Part shown: one piece after another, positions 19,354 to 29,270 of the stretch | How positions within the stretch are numbered: position 1 is the stretch's first letter | Layout: every line of letters starts with the position of its first letter | Assembly: GCA_019721075.1 (NCBI GenBank) | Contig: JAHEAD010000002.1 | Coordinates: 26,949-90,948 of the forward strand | Length of the DNA stretch: 64,000 nucleotides | Source of the DNA: Candidatus Sysuiplasma jiujiangense | GTDB taxonomy: Archaea; Thermoplasmatota; Thermoplasmata; Sysuiplasmatales; Sysuiplasmataceae | Direction: 5' to 3' | Program-made: the position numbers and the translations under genes | The notes under the pieces: model-generated | The model's input: the letters and a program-made list of their open reading frames with translations, nothing else | What the model was told of the DNA's origin: nothing | Databases searched by the model: none

Positions 19354-22335
19354 TCAGGTCTTCGTCACCGGGAACAGTATCAGGAAGCTCAGCGATGCTT
19401 CCGGGGACGCCGACCATTTCATCGAGGAAGCAGGTATCCATGACCTGTAGTAGGCGATGGCTATTGGCTGGTAGTCACCGACCAGAAGATCCAGTTTCAC
19501 CGAGAGGTAGTCCGCAAGCCAGTAGTCGTTTGCCCTTTGTGTGGGCACAAGCTCGCCAGCGCCTGCTGCGCTCGCATTCCACATCTCGTTAATCATCTTC
19601 CACTGGTGCGGATTTGTCGTAGCGTTGAATCCGGGTCCCGAAAACAGTCCGTCAGGATACGAGTATATTCCGTATGGCTGGACGAAAGGCGCCGCAAAGT
19701 CTGTCGGGTCAGGATAGTCGTCTATCCATCCGAGGAAGTACAGGGGCAGCGGATTCTGGGCTGCCGGAACAGCAGTGACTGATAGAAGCGTGGCGAAGTT
19801 GATGTCCTGAAGGAACGGCTTGACAGCGTTGTTGGTTGCATTCTCAATGGCAGGTATCCAGTAGGACTCTATCATCGAGTCCTGTATCGGACTGCCGGAT
19901 ATGGAGAATATCGGGAATGTTATCGAACCTGCCGTTGCGTTCGCATATGGTGACTGACTCCAGTAGTACTTGGCGAGTGTCATGTTGTAATACGGTACCC
20001 AGTGATTATAGGTCATGTTTGATATGTTCCCGGGATAGTCAAGCAGGCCCGAAGGAAGGAAACCGGTAAGATTCTCAGCGAACTTGATTCCGCTGTTCGT
20101 ATTCATCGACATGTACTGCGCCTGGTCGAACGCGTATGTGAATGCCCTCCTCACGCTAAGGTTTGCGAAGAAGAGAGAAACTTCCCAGCTGCCCGGAATT
20201 CCCGTGCCGCTCGAAGTGGAGTTCACGCCCGTGGCGTTCTCATATATTATGGATGACTTCGGGAAAGACACTGTCCCAGAGGATACCGACTGAAGATCTG
20301 TGACGTTCGTCTGCAGATTGAAGAACCATGTGAACAGTGCGAGTTCGGGGGTTGTTATGGAATTGGCCTGACCGGCCTTTATCATTTTCAGTACCAGCGG
20401 CGTGGAGCTTGGCGGGAATGCACCCTCGGCAAAGTCAGCAGCACCGGTCTGGAATGCTTCCTGTGCTACCGATTCCGATGTGTAGTAGTAAATGGTTATT
20501 CTCGGCTGGAGTGCACTCGGAGCAGGGTAGTCCATAGTCTGGGAGTAATTCTGATTCGGAACAAAGCTTATGACCTGACCTGGAAGGGTTGACTGGACAA
20601 TGTACGGTCCCGATCCCATGCTGCCGAACTGAAGCTTCGTGTTCCAGTTGGCTGCATTGCCGTACTGCTGATAATTAAAGAAGGCTGTCGAATAGCCAAG
20701 ACCAGCTGCCGTGTAATTCGTAGCAAATGTGCCAATCGACGCACCGCTGGAATTCGCCCATGCTGCATCCATAACAAAACCGACAGGCTGCGTGAGCAGC
20801 TGGAGGAAGTATACAGATGAACCGTAGCTGGAATACTCAGTTGCAGCAAGACTCTTCTTTGCCGCAGCAGTGGAACTCAATGCGGTGCCGGTAGCCATAT
20901 AGGCGGCGTTGGTGCCGTTTATCGGAGTGACACCGTATACAGACTGGTTGGTTGTTGGCAGGATGTGGAAAGTAACCGAGGTAGAGTTGAAGGTGACAGC
21001 GTGGTCGACCCAGAACGGGGTTGTGTTAAACGGTCCGTAAATTGATACCCCGGGAATAAGGGCATGTGCAAGCAGCCATCCCGGCCTGCCGGGGTCGTTT
21101 GCAAAGAGAAGGGTGCGCAGCACCGAGAAGTATACATCATAGGGAGTGACAGGCTGGCCGTTGGCGAACTTCAGCGTGGCATTGACGTTGAACGTGTAAT
21201 TGACATAGGTTATGTTGCCGACGGTAGAGCTGGCTACTAATCCGTCTGCTTTTGTTGGAACCTGAGTGGCCACAACCGGTATGTAAGAGGATGCGCTGTT
21301 TCCTGGCGCATACTGCACGAGCGGCTGGTAAAGATTGAAGATTGCTTCGTAGCTCACAGTGTCGTAGGCTATCGCAGGGTCAAGTGTGGCGTAACCTCCC
21401 GGTATCCATGTGGCGTCGACAATGCCTGTATGCGTTGAGGGTGAAGAGGAGTGCTTAACTGAAAAAGTGCCTACAGCCGTAGTGGAAACAAATGTCCAGG
21501 TTGATGTTGCGGTCGTGTTGTTGGTGACAACACTCATCGTGAAGGGGTATATGCCCGGCGTCCCCAGATCTTTGCTGCTTAAATTGAGGTAGTTGACACC
21601 GTTTGCGATCTGGGTCGCATTAAAGGTGGCTGAATGTTTCGCTGCTGAAAAAGTCATTTCCTTGAGATTCCAGCCTGATGCAATAGGGTAGCTAGCAAAG
21701 CTTGCCGGCAGGAGTGAGGTGGCATTAAGGTACCCGCCCGTGCTGACAACGTTCGGGTATCCGGCAGTTATATTTTCAGTGTTAGCAGAAGTGGCAGTGA
21801 ATTGTATTTCCGCAGGGTACTGGAGGGCAAGACTGGTAGATGTCGTGCTCGGCGTCACTGAAACGGGTATAAGATTGAGACTGTTGTCGTACGCTTTGTT
21901 CGATGTCGACACAACCTCAACATAAACCAGATAATTCCCCGGACTCGGGTATGTGTATGAAACAGTGGATCCTGATGACCCGCTGTACTTTTTCACAACA
22001 CCGTTGCCGAAATTCCAGACTGTATAACTGATCGAGGAACTCGACAGAGATGTTCCCGAATAGAATGTTATTGGCGTTCCCTGCCCGGCTATGCTGTAAC
22101 TGGCAGAGGCAGGCATTGTAAATGCAGTCGCCTTCGGCGCGGGCTTCGATATGGACAAATAGATGCCCACGCCGGCTATAATCAGCACTATAACAACAAC
22201 AACAGCAATCAATGCACCTCTGGATCTTCGCTTGGGCATCTGCGGGGGCGTTATGCCCTGAGATGCCGATGGAACTCCGCCTGGTGACGGACCGCCTGCT
22301 GCTGCGTTCAACAACGAAAACGTTCTACTGTTCAT
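19354..22335 (-). CDS. Extracellular solute-binding protein (family 5, peptide/oligopeptide-binding) with N-terminal signal anchor; unusually large (993 aa), many N-glycosylation sequons
   Basis: N-terminal TM ALIAVVVVIVLIIAGVGIYLSI, Thr/Ser-rich linker, then an SBP_bac_5-like region; dozens of N-x-S/T sequons; first gene of the minus-strand transporter operon. Confidence 0.7.
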   Translation of the reverse strand: MNSRTFSLLNAAAGGPSPGGVPSASQGITPPQMPKRRSRGALIAVVVVIVLIIAGVGIYLSISKPAPKATAFTMPASASYSIAGQGTPITFYSGTSLSSSSISYTVWNFGNGVVKKYSGSSGSTVSYTYPSPGNYLVYVEVVSTSNKAYDNSLNLIPVSVTPSTTSTSLALQYPAEIQFTATSANTENITAGYPNVVSTGGYLNATSLLPASFASYPIASGWNLKEMTFSAAKHSATFNATQIANGVNYLNLSSKDLGTPGIYPFTMSVVTNNTTATSTWTFVSTTAVGTFSVKHSSSPSTHTGIVDATWIPGGYATLDPAIAYDTVSYEAIFNLYQPLVQYAPGNSASSYIPVVATQVPTKADGLVASSTVGNITYVNYTFNVNATLKFANGQPVTPYDVYFSVLRTLLFANDPGRPGWLLAHALIPGVSIYGPFNTTPFWVDHAVTFNSTSVTFHILPTTNQSVYGVTPINGTNAAYMATGTALSSTAAAKKSLAATEYSSYGSSVYFLQLLTQPVGFVMDAAWANSSGASIGTFATNYTAAGLGYSTAFFNYQQYGNAANWNTKLQFGSMGSGPYIVQSTLPGQVISFVPNQNYSQTMDYPAPSALQPRITIYYYTSESVAQEAFQTGAADFAEGAFPPSSTPLVLKMIKAGQANSITTPELALFTWFFNLQTNVTDLQSVSSGTVSFPKSSIIYENATGVNSTSSGTGIPGSWEVSLFFANLSVRRAFTYAFDQAQYMSMNTNSGIKFAENLTGFLPSGLLDYPGNISNMTYNHWVPYYNMTLAKYYWSQSPYANATAGSITFPIFSISGSPIQDSMIESYWIPAIENATNNAVKPFLQDINFATLLSVTAVPAAQNPLPLYFLGWIDDYPDPTDFAAPFVQPYGIYSYPDGLFSGPGFNATTNPHQWKMINEMWNASAAGAGELVPTQRANDYWLADYLSVKLDLLVGDYQPIAIAYYRSWIPASSMKWSASPEASLSFLILFPVTKT

Positions 22336-22855
22336 TTTTACTTGACTCCCCTATGATCCTTGATAAGGATTCGGCAAAGCATATTTCTCATGCGATTTAA
22401 ACCTTATTGTGGAGTGAAGCATGAGAATCACTATCACAGAAGGTTCATTTTTCCATATCTGAAAACAAATTTGACACAACATTGCATCAGAACGCTGCCA
22501 GGAAGCCGCCAATAACCCGTTCGGTGAACGAGACACGTTCTGCTTTCGAAAAGCTCGAGGCGGGAATTTGTGGTTAATGTAAGTAGCCGAGTTGTTCCAT
22601 CCCAAAAGAAGCAACTTGGCAGCACAATAGGCTGAATTGCCGGCGGGTTTGCAAGTTCGCAGTCAATTGCAATACCGAGTGAAAAAGGCAGGAACAAGGA
22701 ACATATCCGATCCCTTATACGCGTTCTATGTCTTAGATCATGAAAGATTTCCATGTGAGCTTTCAGACAACAGGAAGGTTCAACATGCAGTGTTTCTTCA
22801 AATCGCAAGTGCTGCAGATAATAAATTATTATAGAAAATAGGCAATCCCTGTGGG

Positions 22856-24010
22856 ATGGACATAATAACGGCAATACTCATACTTCTCAGCGCAGGACTG
22901 GTCCTGGGCCAGATTTTCGAGCATTACGACTTCGCGAGCGTTGCGGGAGAGATCATTGGGGGCATTGTCCTTGGACCCGCCGTGCTTGATTTTGTAAGAC
23001 CGACTCCGGTGCTACTGAGTATTTCCGAGGTGGCACTTTTTTTCATTGTGCTGCTCATCGGGATAGAGATGACGACCGATTTGCTCAAGAAGTCATACGC
23101 AAGAGCGCTGCCGTTGACTACGACGAGTTTTCTGATTCCGCTGTTCATAATGTCGGCACTAATGTATCTGGCATTCGGGATGAATCCCGAGGTTTCCATC
23201 ATAATAGCAATTTCAATCGGTGTCCCGTCTATCTCGATAGCATCAGTTCTGGTCAGAAGCTACGGCCTACTGCAGACATCTGCCGGTTCCATCATACTTG
23301 CGAGCGTCGTTATTTCAGACCTTCTTGCATTCCTTATTTTTTCCTCTTTTCTGAGTGACAGAAATGTTGTTCCCGAAGTAGTCGTTTTCATTCTGTTCGT
23401 GGCTTTTCTCTTCTACCTGGATTACATCATCGCAAGGAATTCCGAAAAGGTGGTAAGGGCATTTGAGCGGCTGCGCGCGAGCGAGCATGGAGAAAAGATC
23501 ATATTTGGAATGATTATACTCAGCGGGCTGCTTGTTTCCACTTTCTTTCAGTACATAGGGATAACATATGTCCTTGGCGCTTTCTTCTCCGGAATGCTGA
23601 TCAGCGAAGTTGTAGTAGGGAGGAACCTCCTCGGCATCATAACCCGCACAATGAATCGGATAAACGAAAGTTTCTTCATACCGCTCTATTTCACAATAAT
23701 AGGACTGAGCACAATCGTTCCAGGTTTCGATTTGCTAGTTGTCCTGGCGGTCCTGCTCGCAGTAACCGGTGGATTTTCCGCATTCCTGAACAGACGGATG
23801 AGTACCAGGCTAGGTCTGGAAACGAATCCTTCCACAACCTCCGGAATACTGGGGGGCAGGGGAGCTGTCGGTGTTGTGATTGCAAGCCTTGCTCTAAGCT
23901 ACTCTCTGATTGACCATCAGCTGTACTCAGTTGTCATTTTTGGAACAGTTATCCAGGCACTGGTCTTACCCATGCTGATAAGGAAAAATGGGAATAAGAT
24001 TGAATCCTGA
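22856..24010 (+). CDS. Monovalent cation:proton antiporter (CPA2/NapA-Kef type Na+/H+ exchanger)
   Basis: MDIITAILILLSAGLVLGQIFEHYDFASVAGEIIGGIVLGPAVL is a typical CPA2 N-terminus; ~12 TM helices; 384 aa. Confidence 0.8.
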   Translation: MDIITAILILLSAGLVLGQIFEHYDFASVAGEIIGGIVLGPAVLDFVRPTPVLLSISEVALFFIVLLIGIEMTTDLLKKSYARALPLTTTSFLIPLFIMSALMYLAFGMNPEVSIIIAISIGVPSISIASVLVRSYGLLQTSAGSIILASVVISDLLAFLIFSSFLSDRNVVPEVVVFILFVAFLFYLDYIIARNSEKVVRAFERLRASEHGEKIIFGMIILSGLLVSTFFQYIGITYVLGAFFSGMLISEVVVGRNLLGIITRTMNRINESFFIPLYFTIIGLSTIVPGFDLLVVLAVLLAVTGGFSAFLNRRMSTRLGLETNPSTTSGILGGRGAVGVVIASLALSYSLIDHQLYSVVIFGTVIQALVLPMLIRKNGNKIES

Positions 24011-24091
24011 TGGTTGAGACGGGACCGGACATCGAAAGCAATACGCAATGTGCAATACCATGTCTGATATTGGCCACTGAGACTATCCGGT

Positions 24092-24409
24092 TCAAAGTGA
24101 TGCCGCGTAAAAGCCGTTGGATCTCAGTGCGCTGTCTGTTTGCTCATTCGCAAGGCGCTGTGTAGCCGCTTCATACTTGAGCACTGTATCGATATCATAT
24201 TCAAGAAAAGCAGCAAGCTTTTCGAGCCTGTCGAACGGAAACGGTTGCCTTCCCACCAGAATCTGTCTCAGCGGCCAGGCAGGATGTATTCTTGACCTGT
24301 ATCCTATTACCCTGGCCAGGCGGTTAAGACCGTCCGCTTTTTCAATGCCTTCGCGTATGAGCCCTATTCGAAAATGGGCAAGAAGCCAAACTTTGCGTTT
24401 TTGTGCCAT
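24092..24409 (-). CDS. Putative XRE-family HTH transcriptional regulator
   Basis: Weak but recognisable cro/C1 HTH pattern, with ...FPFDRLEKLAAFLEYDIDTVL resembling PSLETLLKIAKALGVSLDELL; followed upstream by 560 bp without ORFs. Confidence 0.45.
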   Translation of the reverse strand: MAQKRKVWLLAHFRIGLIREGIEKADGLNRLARVIGYRSRIHPAWPLRQILVGRQPFPFDRLEKLAAFLEYDIDTVLKYEAATQRLANEQTDSALRSNGFYAASL

Positions 24410-24988
24410 TTGACTACGATACAATTGCACTATTCATATATAAGTAGTTTCCACCGATTCGCGATTCTGAGGCAGTTCCGGAAACATCACTCACAAACTA
24501 TGACGCCGAAAGCGGGTTGAGTCGATTGGTATCGGACCAGACTCCGCAGGCTCCGTAATGACACCGGCAGATTTCATGCCGCATTTTCAGGCATTTTGTG
24601 AATTTCGGAAACGTTGAATATGCCGGCATGTCATGCAGTGCCCATGCGGTGCGGGACCAGCATATTCGTCTGGCCGCTGGATTTTCATGAATTTGGTGTT
24701 GGTATGCCCTGCAACAGAATGAAAACCTGCCAGCTGCGTAAAGGATGCGCGGCATAGCAGCCGACTGATTATTACCGAGATTTGGAAAGAGGAGGTTTCA
24801 GATTTTAGCGCAACCGCAGGTTTCAATAATTCAAAATGGAATGAATTACAGTCGGCAGTTGTGTAATTTGAAGATCGGCAATCATTTTCTCAAGCAGCAT
24901 CCGGCCGCAAGGCAATTCGGAAAAAAAGGAAGGAGATTGCACTGGCATGTGGTGCGATGGCAGGATCTTACTGTTTTCCAGAGCGAGA

Positions 24989-26245
24989 TCACCGGTTCAG
25001 AGGGTTCATTCTATTCAGCTCGTTCGATAGACTTCCTTCGAGCAGAAGCGGTTTTCCGTCAACAATTGTTGTGTAAACATCGCTTCCCTGTGCGGAGTAG
25101 ACTATGTTTGTTATTGCGCTGGAGGCATTAAGTGGATTCATCCTTATACTCCTGGGAGAAAGAATGACTATGTCGGCTCTCTTGCCTATCTCCAGCGAAC
25201 CAATTTTGTCGAACGAACGCAGTGCCTTTGCCCCGTTTCTGGTAGCCATGTCCAGCGTCTGCATGGCGTTTACGACGCTCGAATCCCATTTTGATACCTT
25301 CTGGAGGTAAGAGGCGGTGCGCATCTCTTCAAACATGTCAAGATTATTGCTGGTCGTTGCGCTGTCTGTTCCTGCCGATACATTGATGCCCATATCCATC
25401 ATTTCCTTGACCGGCGCAATGCCGGAACCCAGCTTCATGTTCGATCGCGCGCAGTGAGCCACACTCACCCCGCCGTTCAACAAGTCTCTCATTTCACTCT
25501 TGATCAACCAGGCACCATGCGCCGCCACTACCGGGGAGCCTTCGAAGAAGTCAAAGCCGTTCAGCCATTCGACGGGCCTCTTTCCGAAGATCCTCTGATG
25601 ATTATAAACCTCCGCCCTTGTCTCCGACAAATGCATGTGCAGCAGTGTTGTATACCTTGATGCAAGATCCCTGGCAGCCCTACATGTCTCCTCCGAACAT
25701 ACATAGACCCCCTGAAGTCCAACTGAAGGGGTTATCAGAGGGTTGTTCCCGTGCGACTTTACAAAATTTTCGGCGTTTGACAGAGGCTTTCCTTTCTGGG
25801 TGGTCTTGTCTTCATCCAGGACAACCCAAGAAAGAAATGCCCTTATGCCTGCAACTTTGCACATATCGGCGATAATGTCCTCCGAATAATACATGTCCAA
25901 GAATGCAGTTGTCCCGGACATTATCATCTCCAGGATCGAAAGTTTTGTCGAGAACTCAATCGAAGCCCTGGTCCTGTGGTTATCGAGACTGAAAGTTTTT
26001 TCGATAAAAGCCTCGAGGTTCATGTCGTCGAGTTTACCACGGAACTCAGTCATCGCGACATGGGTATGTGTATTGATCAGGCCGGGCATTACAATCCCTC
26101 CGCCCGCATCAATAACATAGTCGTCCTTTCTCGCTTTGCTACCGATTTCGGTGATAATCCCGTCTTCGACGTAGATACTGCCCTTCACTACGGAACGTGA
26201 ATCGTCCTGGGTGACGACAAGGCCGTTCTTGATAAGGAGATTCAA
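24989..26245 (-). CDS. mtaD: 5-methylthioadenosine/S-adenosylhomocysteine deaminase-like amidohydrolase (TRZ/ATZ family)
   Basis: LLIKNGLVVTQDD...IYVEDGIITEIG...DYVIDAGGGIVMPGLINTHTHVAMTEFRG matches the HxH amidohydrolase signature of MtaD/guanine deaminase. Likely TTG start at 26245, preceded by GAGGGG 8 nt upstream; the track ORF extends artificially to 26392. Confidence 0.8.
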   Translation of the reverse strand: MNLLIKNGLVVTQDDSRSVVKGSIYVEDGIITEIGSKARKDDYVIDAGGGIVMPGLINTHTHVAMTEFRGKLDDMNLEAFIEKTFSLDNHRTRASIEFSTKLSILEMIMSGTTAFLDMYYSEDIIADMCKVAGIRAFLSWVVLDEDKTTQKGKPLSNAENFVKSHGNNPLITPSVGLQGVYVCSEETCRAARDLASRYTTLLHMHLSETRAEVYNHQRIFGKRPVEWLNGFDFFEGSPVVAAHGAWLIKSEMRDLLNGGVSVAHCARSNMKLGSGIAPVKEMMDMGINVSAGTDSATTSNNLDMFEEMRTASYLQKVSKWDSSVVNAMQTLDMATRNGAKALRSFDKIGSLEIGKRADIVILSPRSIRMNPLNASSAITNIVYSAQGSDVYTTIVDGKPLLLEGSLSNELNRMNPLNR

Positions 26246-26435
26246 ACTGATCTTCCCCTCGATGACTAAGCATAAACAACTATTGGAATTAAAACTGATT
26301 GTATTCCTGAAATCCTGAAACAGAACCCGTGAAGCACAGTGTTGCTGGATTCGGTGTTGAGAGGAAACGGCACCACCGTGCAGGAAGGACAAATTCCAAG
26401 AGCGCCTGAATGCAGTTGCATATCCCCGGCAGAAA

Positions 26436-26454
26436 GGATTCCGTAGCGGAATCC
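26436..26454. promoter_or_regulatory. Perfect inverted repeat ggattccg-tag-cggaatcc in the mtaD/26524 divergent intergenic region
   Basis: 8-bp arms that are exact reverse complements with a 3-nt spacer; candidate operator. Confidence 0.35.
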
Positions 26455-26493
26455 GAACTTCTGAACAACATTAAATACAACCGTACACATACT

Positions 26494-26511
26494 GTCTGAC
26501 AGATGTCAGAC
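26494..26511. promoter_or_regulatory. Inverted repeat gtctgaca-ga-tgtcagac directly upstream of ORF 26524
   Basis: 7-8 bp perfect arms, read from sequence. Confidence 0.35.
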
Positions 26512-26523
26512 CGGTGATTCGAG

Positions 26524-27801
26524 TTGAAACGCTATTATCAGGAGCCGTTCAATTCAGAGGACATGTACAGGATACCGCAGGGAATGATCGCACAGCCTTC
26601 TGTATACCAGCTTCCGAAAAGCGATAACGCCAGAAAGAGAGAGAGCGGCTCGGGCAAACCCTACAGCATTCTGAGCGCCTCAAAATACATCTTGATGATT
26701 TCACTCATGCTCTACTGGCTCCCGCTTCTCGGACAGATGATCGGCGGTTTCATAGGGGGAAGACGCGCGGGCTCACCGTTCCGCGCCATTCTTGCCGCAC
26801 TGCTGCCTGTGATAGTGCTGTTTGGTCTCTCCAGTGCTCTCCAGGCCGGAGTCATACCAATAAGATTTCAGAACGCCACCATACTCACCTATACGCTCGT
26901 AAAGGACGCGCTAGAGCGACTGCCGATCGCGGCGCCATACGTAAGTTTCGCCACCACCTATGTTGGTTCGTTCATAGACGAGCTCAGGACAGCTGCCTCT
27001 TTCAAGGTTGGAAATTATCTGATTACACTTGCATTTGCTTACGTCGGAGGCATACTTTCGTCCCAGAGCAGGAGGGAGCTCGAATATGTGTCCAGGTACG
27101 GCGCTCCGACAACAAACATACTCGTTTCGGGAGGGCAGCAGCCTAACGACCATGCATATGCACATGCCATCCTTTCGAAGCCTGCAGGCTTTATTCACTC
27201 GCTGATGCCGGCGAGGAGAAGAGCTGCTGCAGGATTTGAGAACATGAGAGCGCTCTATCCCGCGTCGTCGGGCATGACGCCTGTTCCTTCAGCCTATCAG
27301 GCTAGCGAAAAAACGCCGATTTCATACAGGACAGGACCGCTACACTATCCTGAACGGCCCGAAGTGATACCCCGTCCTCAGGTTCGGAGGCCTTCGTCCT
27401 GGGACGATGTTTACGGAACCTCACAGATCAGACAAAACGTTTATCGCGGTACCGCAGGAAACGAAGCGGCCAGCTATAGAGGTGAAAGAAGCAGCTACCG
27501 GCAGAACGCTGCGAATGCCTCCGGTTACCAGGGACCGCCCATCGTAAAGCTTTACAGAGCTGAAGGAAACACTTCAGATATGTCAGTCATAAGAAAAAAC
27601 AAGATAAAGGAGGAAAGCACCAGAAAGCTCGTTGAACGGGCACTGGGCAAGGATTACATGGCCAGTCTCAACAGGAAACACAACCAGCAGAATGGAAATG
27701 GCAGGGATTTCAACTTCTCACAACTCGCGTCCAAGACGGCTTCTGCCGGTGAGAACCTGAAGTCAGGTACAAGAAAGACGAGCGAATGGGAACTGCTGTG
27801 A
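26524..27801 (+). CDS. Hypothetical membrane protein with long low-complexity (Y/R/N/Q/S-rich) cytoplasmic tail
   Basis: 3-4 predicted TM helices (aa ~55-190), then ~230 aa of compositionally biased, likely disordered sequence; no recognisable family. Confidence 0.45.
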   Translation: MKRYYQEPFNSEDMYRIPQGMIAQPSVYQLPKSDNARKRESGSGKPYSILSASKYILMISLMLYWLPLLGQMIGGFIGGRRAGSPFRAILAALLPVIVLFGLSSALQAGVIPIRFQNATILTYTLVKDALERLPIAAPYVSFATTYVGSFIDELRTAASFKVGNYLITLAFAYVGGILSSQSRRELEYVSRYGAPTTNILVSGGQQPNDHAYAHAILSKPAGFIHSLMPARRRAAAGFENMRALYPASSGMTPVPSAYQASEKTPISYRTGPLHYPERPEVIPRPQVRRPSSWDDVYGTSQIRQNVYRGTAGNEAASYRGERSSYRQNAANASGYQGPPIVKLYRAEGNTSDMSVIRKNKIKEESTRKLVERALGKDYMASLNRKHNQQNGNGRDFNFSQLASKTASAGENLKSGTRKTSEWELL

Positions 27802-28104
27802 CTGCTGTGTTCGTACGAAAAATTACACTTTTCCCCGAGATGCCCTCCCCCAATGTGCCTTGTTCGCATTTGCACCATTACAGACATTTATATGCACATT
27901 AGTCAAGGGGTTTCATATATGAGCGGCTAGTACTGTGAAACTGCTGCCGGCTGCCGTCCGCGCGGAACACGGCTGGATGCCGGTTGGCCATGGCATTTCT
28001 CCCTGCCAGGTACTCAAATCTGTGTGTCATGATGAAAGGCTGGAACGGTGGAGACACGAACGTACGAGCGGACCTTCAATTGAGGGCTGAAGTGGTCAAA
28101 AGGA

Positions 28105-28111
28105 TTTTAAA
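28105..28111 (+). promoter_or_regulatory. BRE/TATA element (caaaagg-attttaaag) ~30 nt upstream of the tfs ATG; leaderless transcript likely
   Basis: AT-rich box at the canonical distance from the start codon, with no room for an SD sequence. Confidence 0.45.
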
Positions 28112-28140
28112 GCAGTACATCTTAAGTTGGGTATGTAATC

Positions 28141-28446
28141 ATGTTTTGCCCGAAATGTAAGTCGCTTATGTTTCCTGAAAATGGAAAGATGAAATGCAGG
28201 AGATGCGGATATGAAGGGTCTGTGGCAAAGGCATCCTCAGGAACCATAAGGTCCGAGATGAATGCAAACAGAGAACTTCTGGTTGTTGAAGGGCGATCGG
28301 ATACACTTCCCAAGACTGATGTGAAGTGCCCCAAATGCGGCAACAACGAGGCCTACTGGGTGCTCAGGCAGACGCGGGCCGCAGACGAGCCGGAGACAAG
28401 GATATACCGGTGCACAAACTGCAGTTACTCCTGGAGGGAGTACTGA
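28141..28446 (+). CDS. tfs: Transcription factor S (TFS, TFIIS/RpoM-like, transcript cleavage factor)
   Basis: N-terminal zinc ribbon CPKC...CRRCG and C-terminal zinc ribbon CPKCGNNEAYWVLRQTRAADEPETRIYRCTNCSYSWRE (the acidic hairpin lies in RAADEPET). Confidence 0.88.
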   Translation: MFCPKCKSLMFPENGKMKCRRCGYEGSVAKASSGTIRSEMNANRELLVVEGRSDTLPKTDVKCPKCGNNEAYWVLRQTRAADEPETRIYRCTNCSYSWREY

Positions 28447-28529
28447 AGCAGGTGAACCGGGCAACCCGACTGCAGACCAACATAACAATTATATTTTCAA
28501 AGCATTTTAACCGCCCGAAGGAATCTCAA

Positions 28530-29264
28530 ATGTTCAAATCCAGCGCGAAGGCAGAAGTTCTGAAACAGATAGTCGATGTAATATCAACGCTTGTCGATGA
28601 AGCAAAATTCAATGTTGACGCAGACGGCATCTCACTGAAGGCGGTCGACCCGGCGCACGTCGCTATGGTGGAGATGTCGCTGGGCAAACAGGCATTTGAG
28701 GAATTCGCTGGCGAGGACACTGAACTCGGTATTGATCTGGAAAAACTGAGGGAAATACTGAAACTCGCGCATTCAGGCGACATTGTGAAAATGGAACACA
28801 ATGAAGACAAGAATCAGCTGATTGTAAAGATAGGGGATGTAACCAGGCGTATGAGCCTGGTGGACACTGCAGGAATGTCTGATCCCAAGGTGCCTAACAT
28901 AGACCTGCCCACAACAATCAAGCTGAAAGCTGAAGAACTGAATTACGGCATCAGGGCATCTGAGAGTGTCTCGGATCATATCGCACTTGTGGCGGATGAC
29001 GACTATTTTGAAATGAGTTCAGAAGGTGATTCCGATTCGGTTGATTTCAGACTGCCGAAAGAGAAACTGATCACTCTGGAGTCCAAGGGAAAAGTGAGGA
29101 GTCTCTTTCCCCTGGATTACTTTTCCAATATGGCAAAGGCCATTTCAGGCGGAAGCGAAGTGAAGATAAACCTCGGAAACAATTATCCTGTCAAGCTTGA
29201 GTTCGAAATTGCAGGCGGCAGCGGACACGTCAAGTATCTTCTCGCACCACGCGTTGAAAGCTGA
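28530..29264 (+). CDS. pcn: DNA polymerase sliding clamp PCNA
   Basis: MFKSSAKAEVLKQIVDVISTLVDEAKFNVDADGISLKAVDPAHVAMVEMSL..., 244 aa, typical archaeal PCNA; the track ORF starts at 28326 but the ATG at 28530 gives the canonical N-terminus. Confidence 0.88.
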   Translation: MFKSSAKAEVLKQIVDVISTLVDEAKFNVDADGISLKAVDPAHVAMVEMSLGKQAFEEFAGEDTELGIDLEKLREILKLAHSGDIVKMEHNEDKNQLIVKIGDVTRRMSLVDTAGMSDPKVPNIDLPTTIKLKAEELNYGIRASESVSDHIALVADDDYFEMSSEGDSDSVDFRLPKEKLITLESKGKVRSLFPLDYFSNMAKAISGGSEVKINLGNNYPVKLEFEIAGGSGHVKYLLAPRVES

Positions 29265-29270
29265 AACTCC

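Noticed and set aside
24498-24826. Two overlapping Cys/His-rich minus-strand ORFs (85 and 79 aa) in the 560-bp spacer
   Set aside because: No start context, mutually overlapping, no domain signature. More likely chance frames in a non-coding region. Kept only as part of the long-spacer finding.
28326-28529. 5' extension of the PCNA ORF overlapping the tfs 3' end
   Set aside because: The canonical PCNA N-terminus (MFKSS…) starts at the ATG at 28530. The upstream in-frame codons are Arg/Gln-rich read-through of intergenic sequence.
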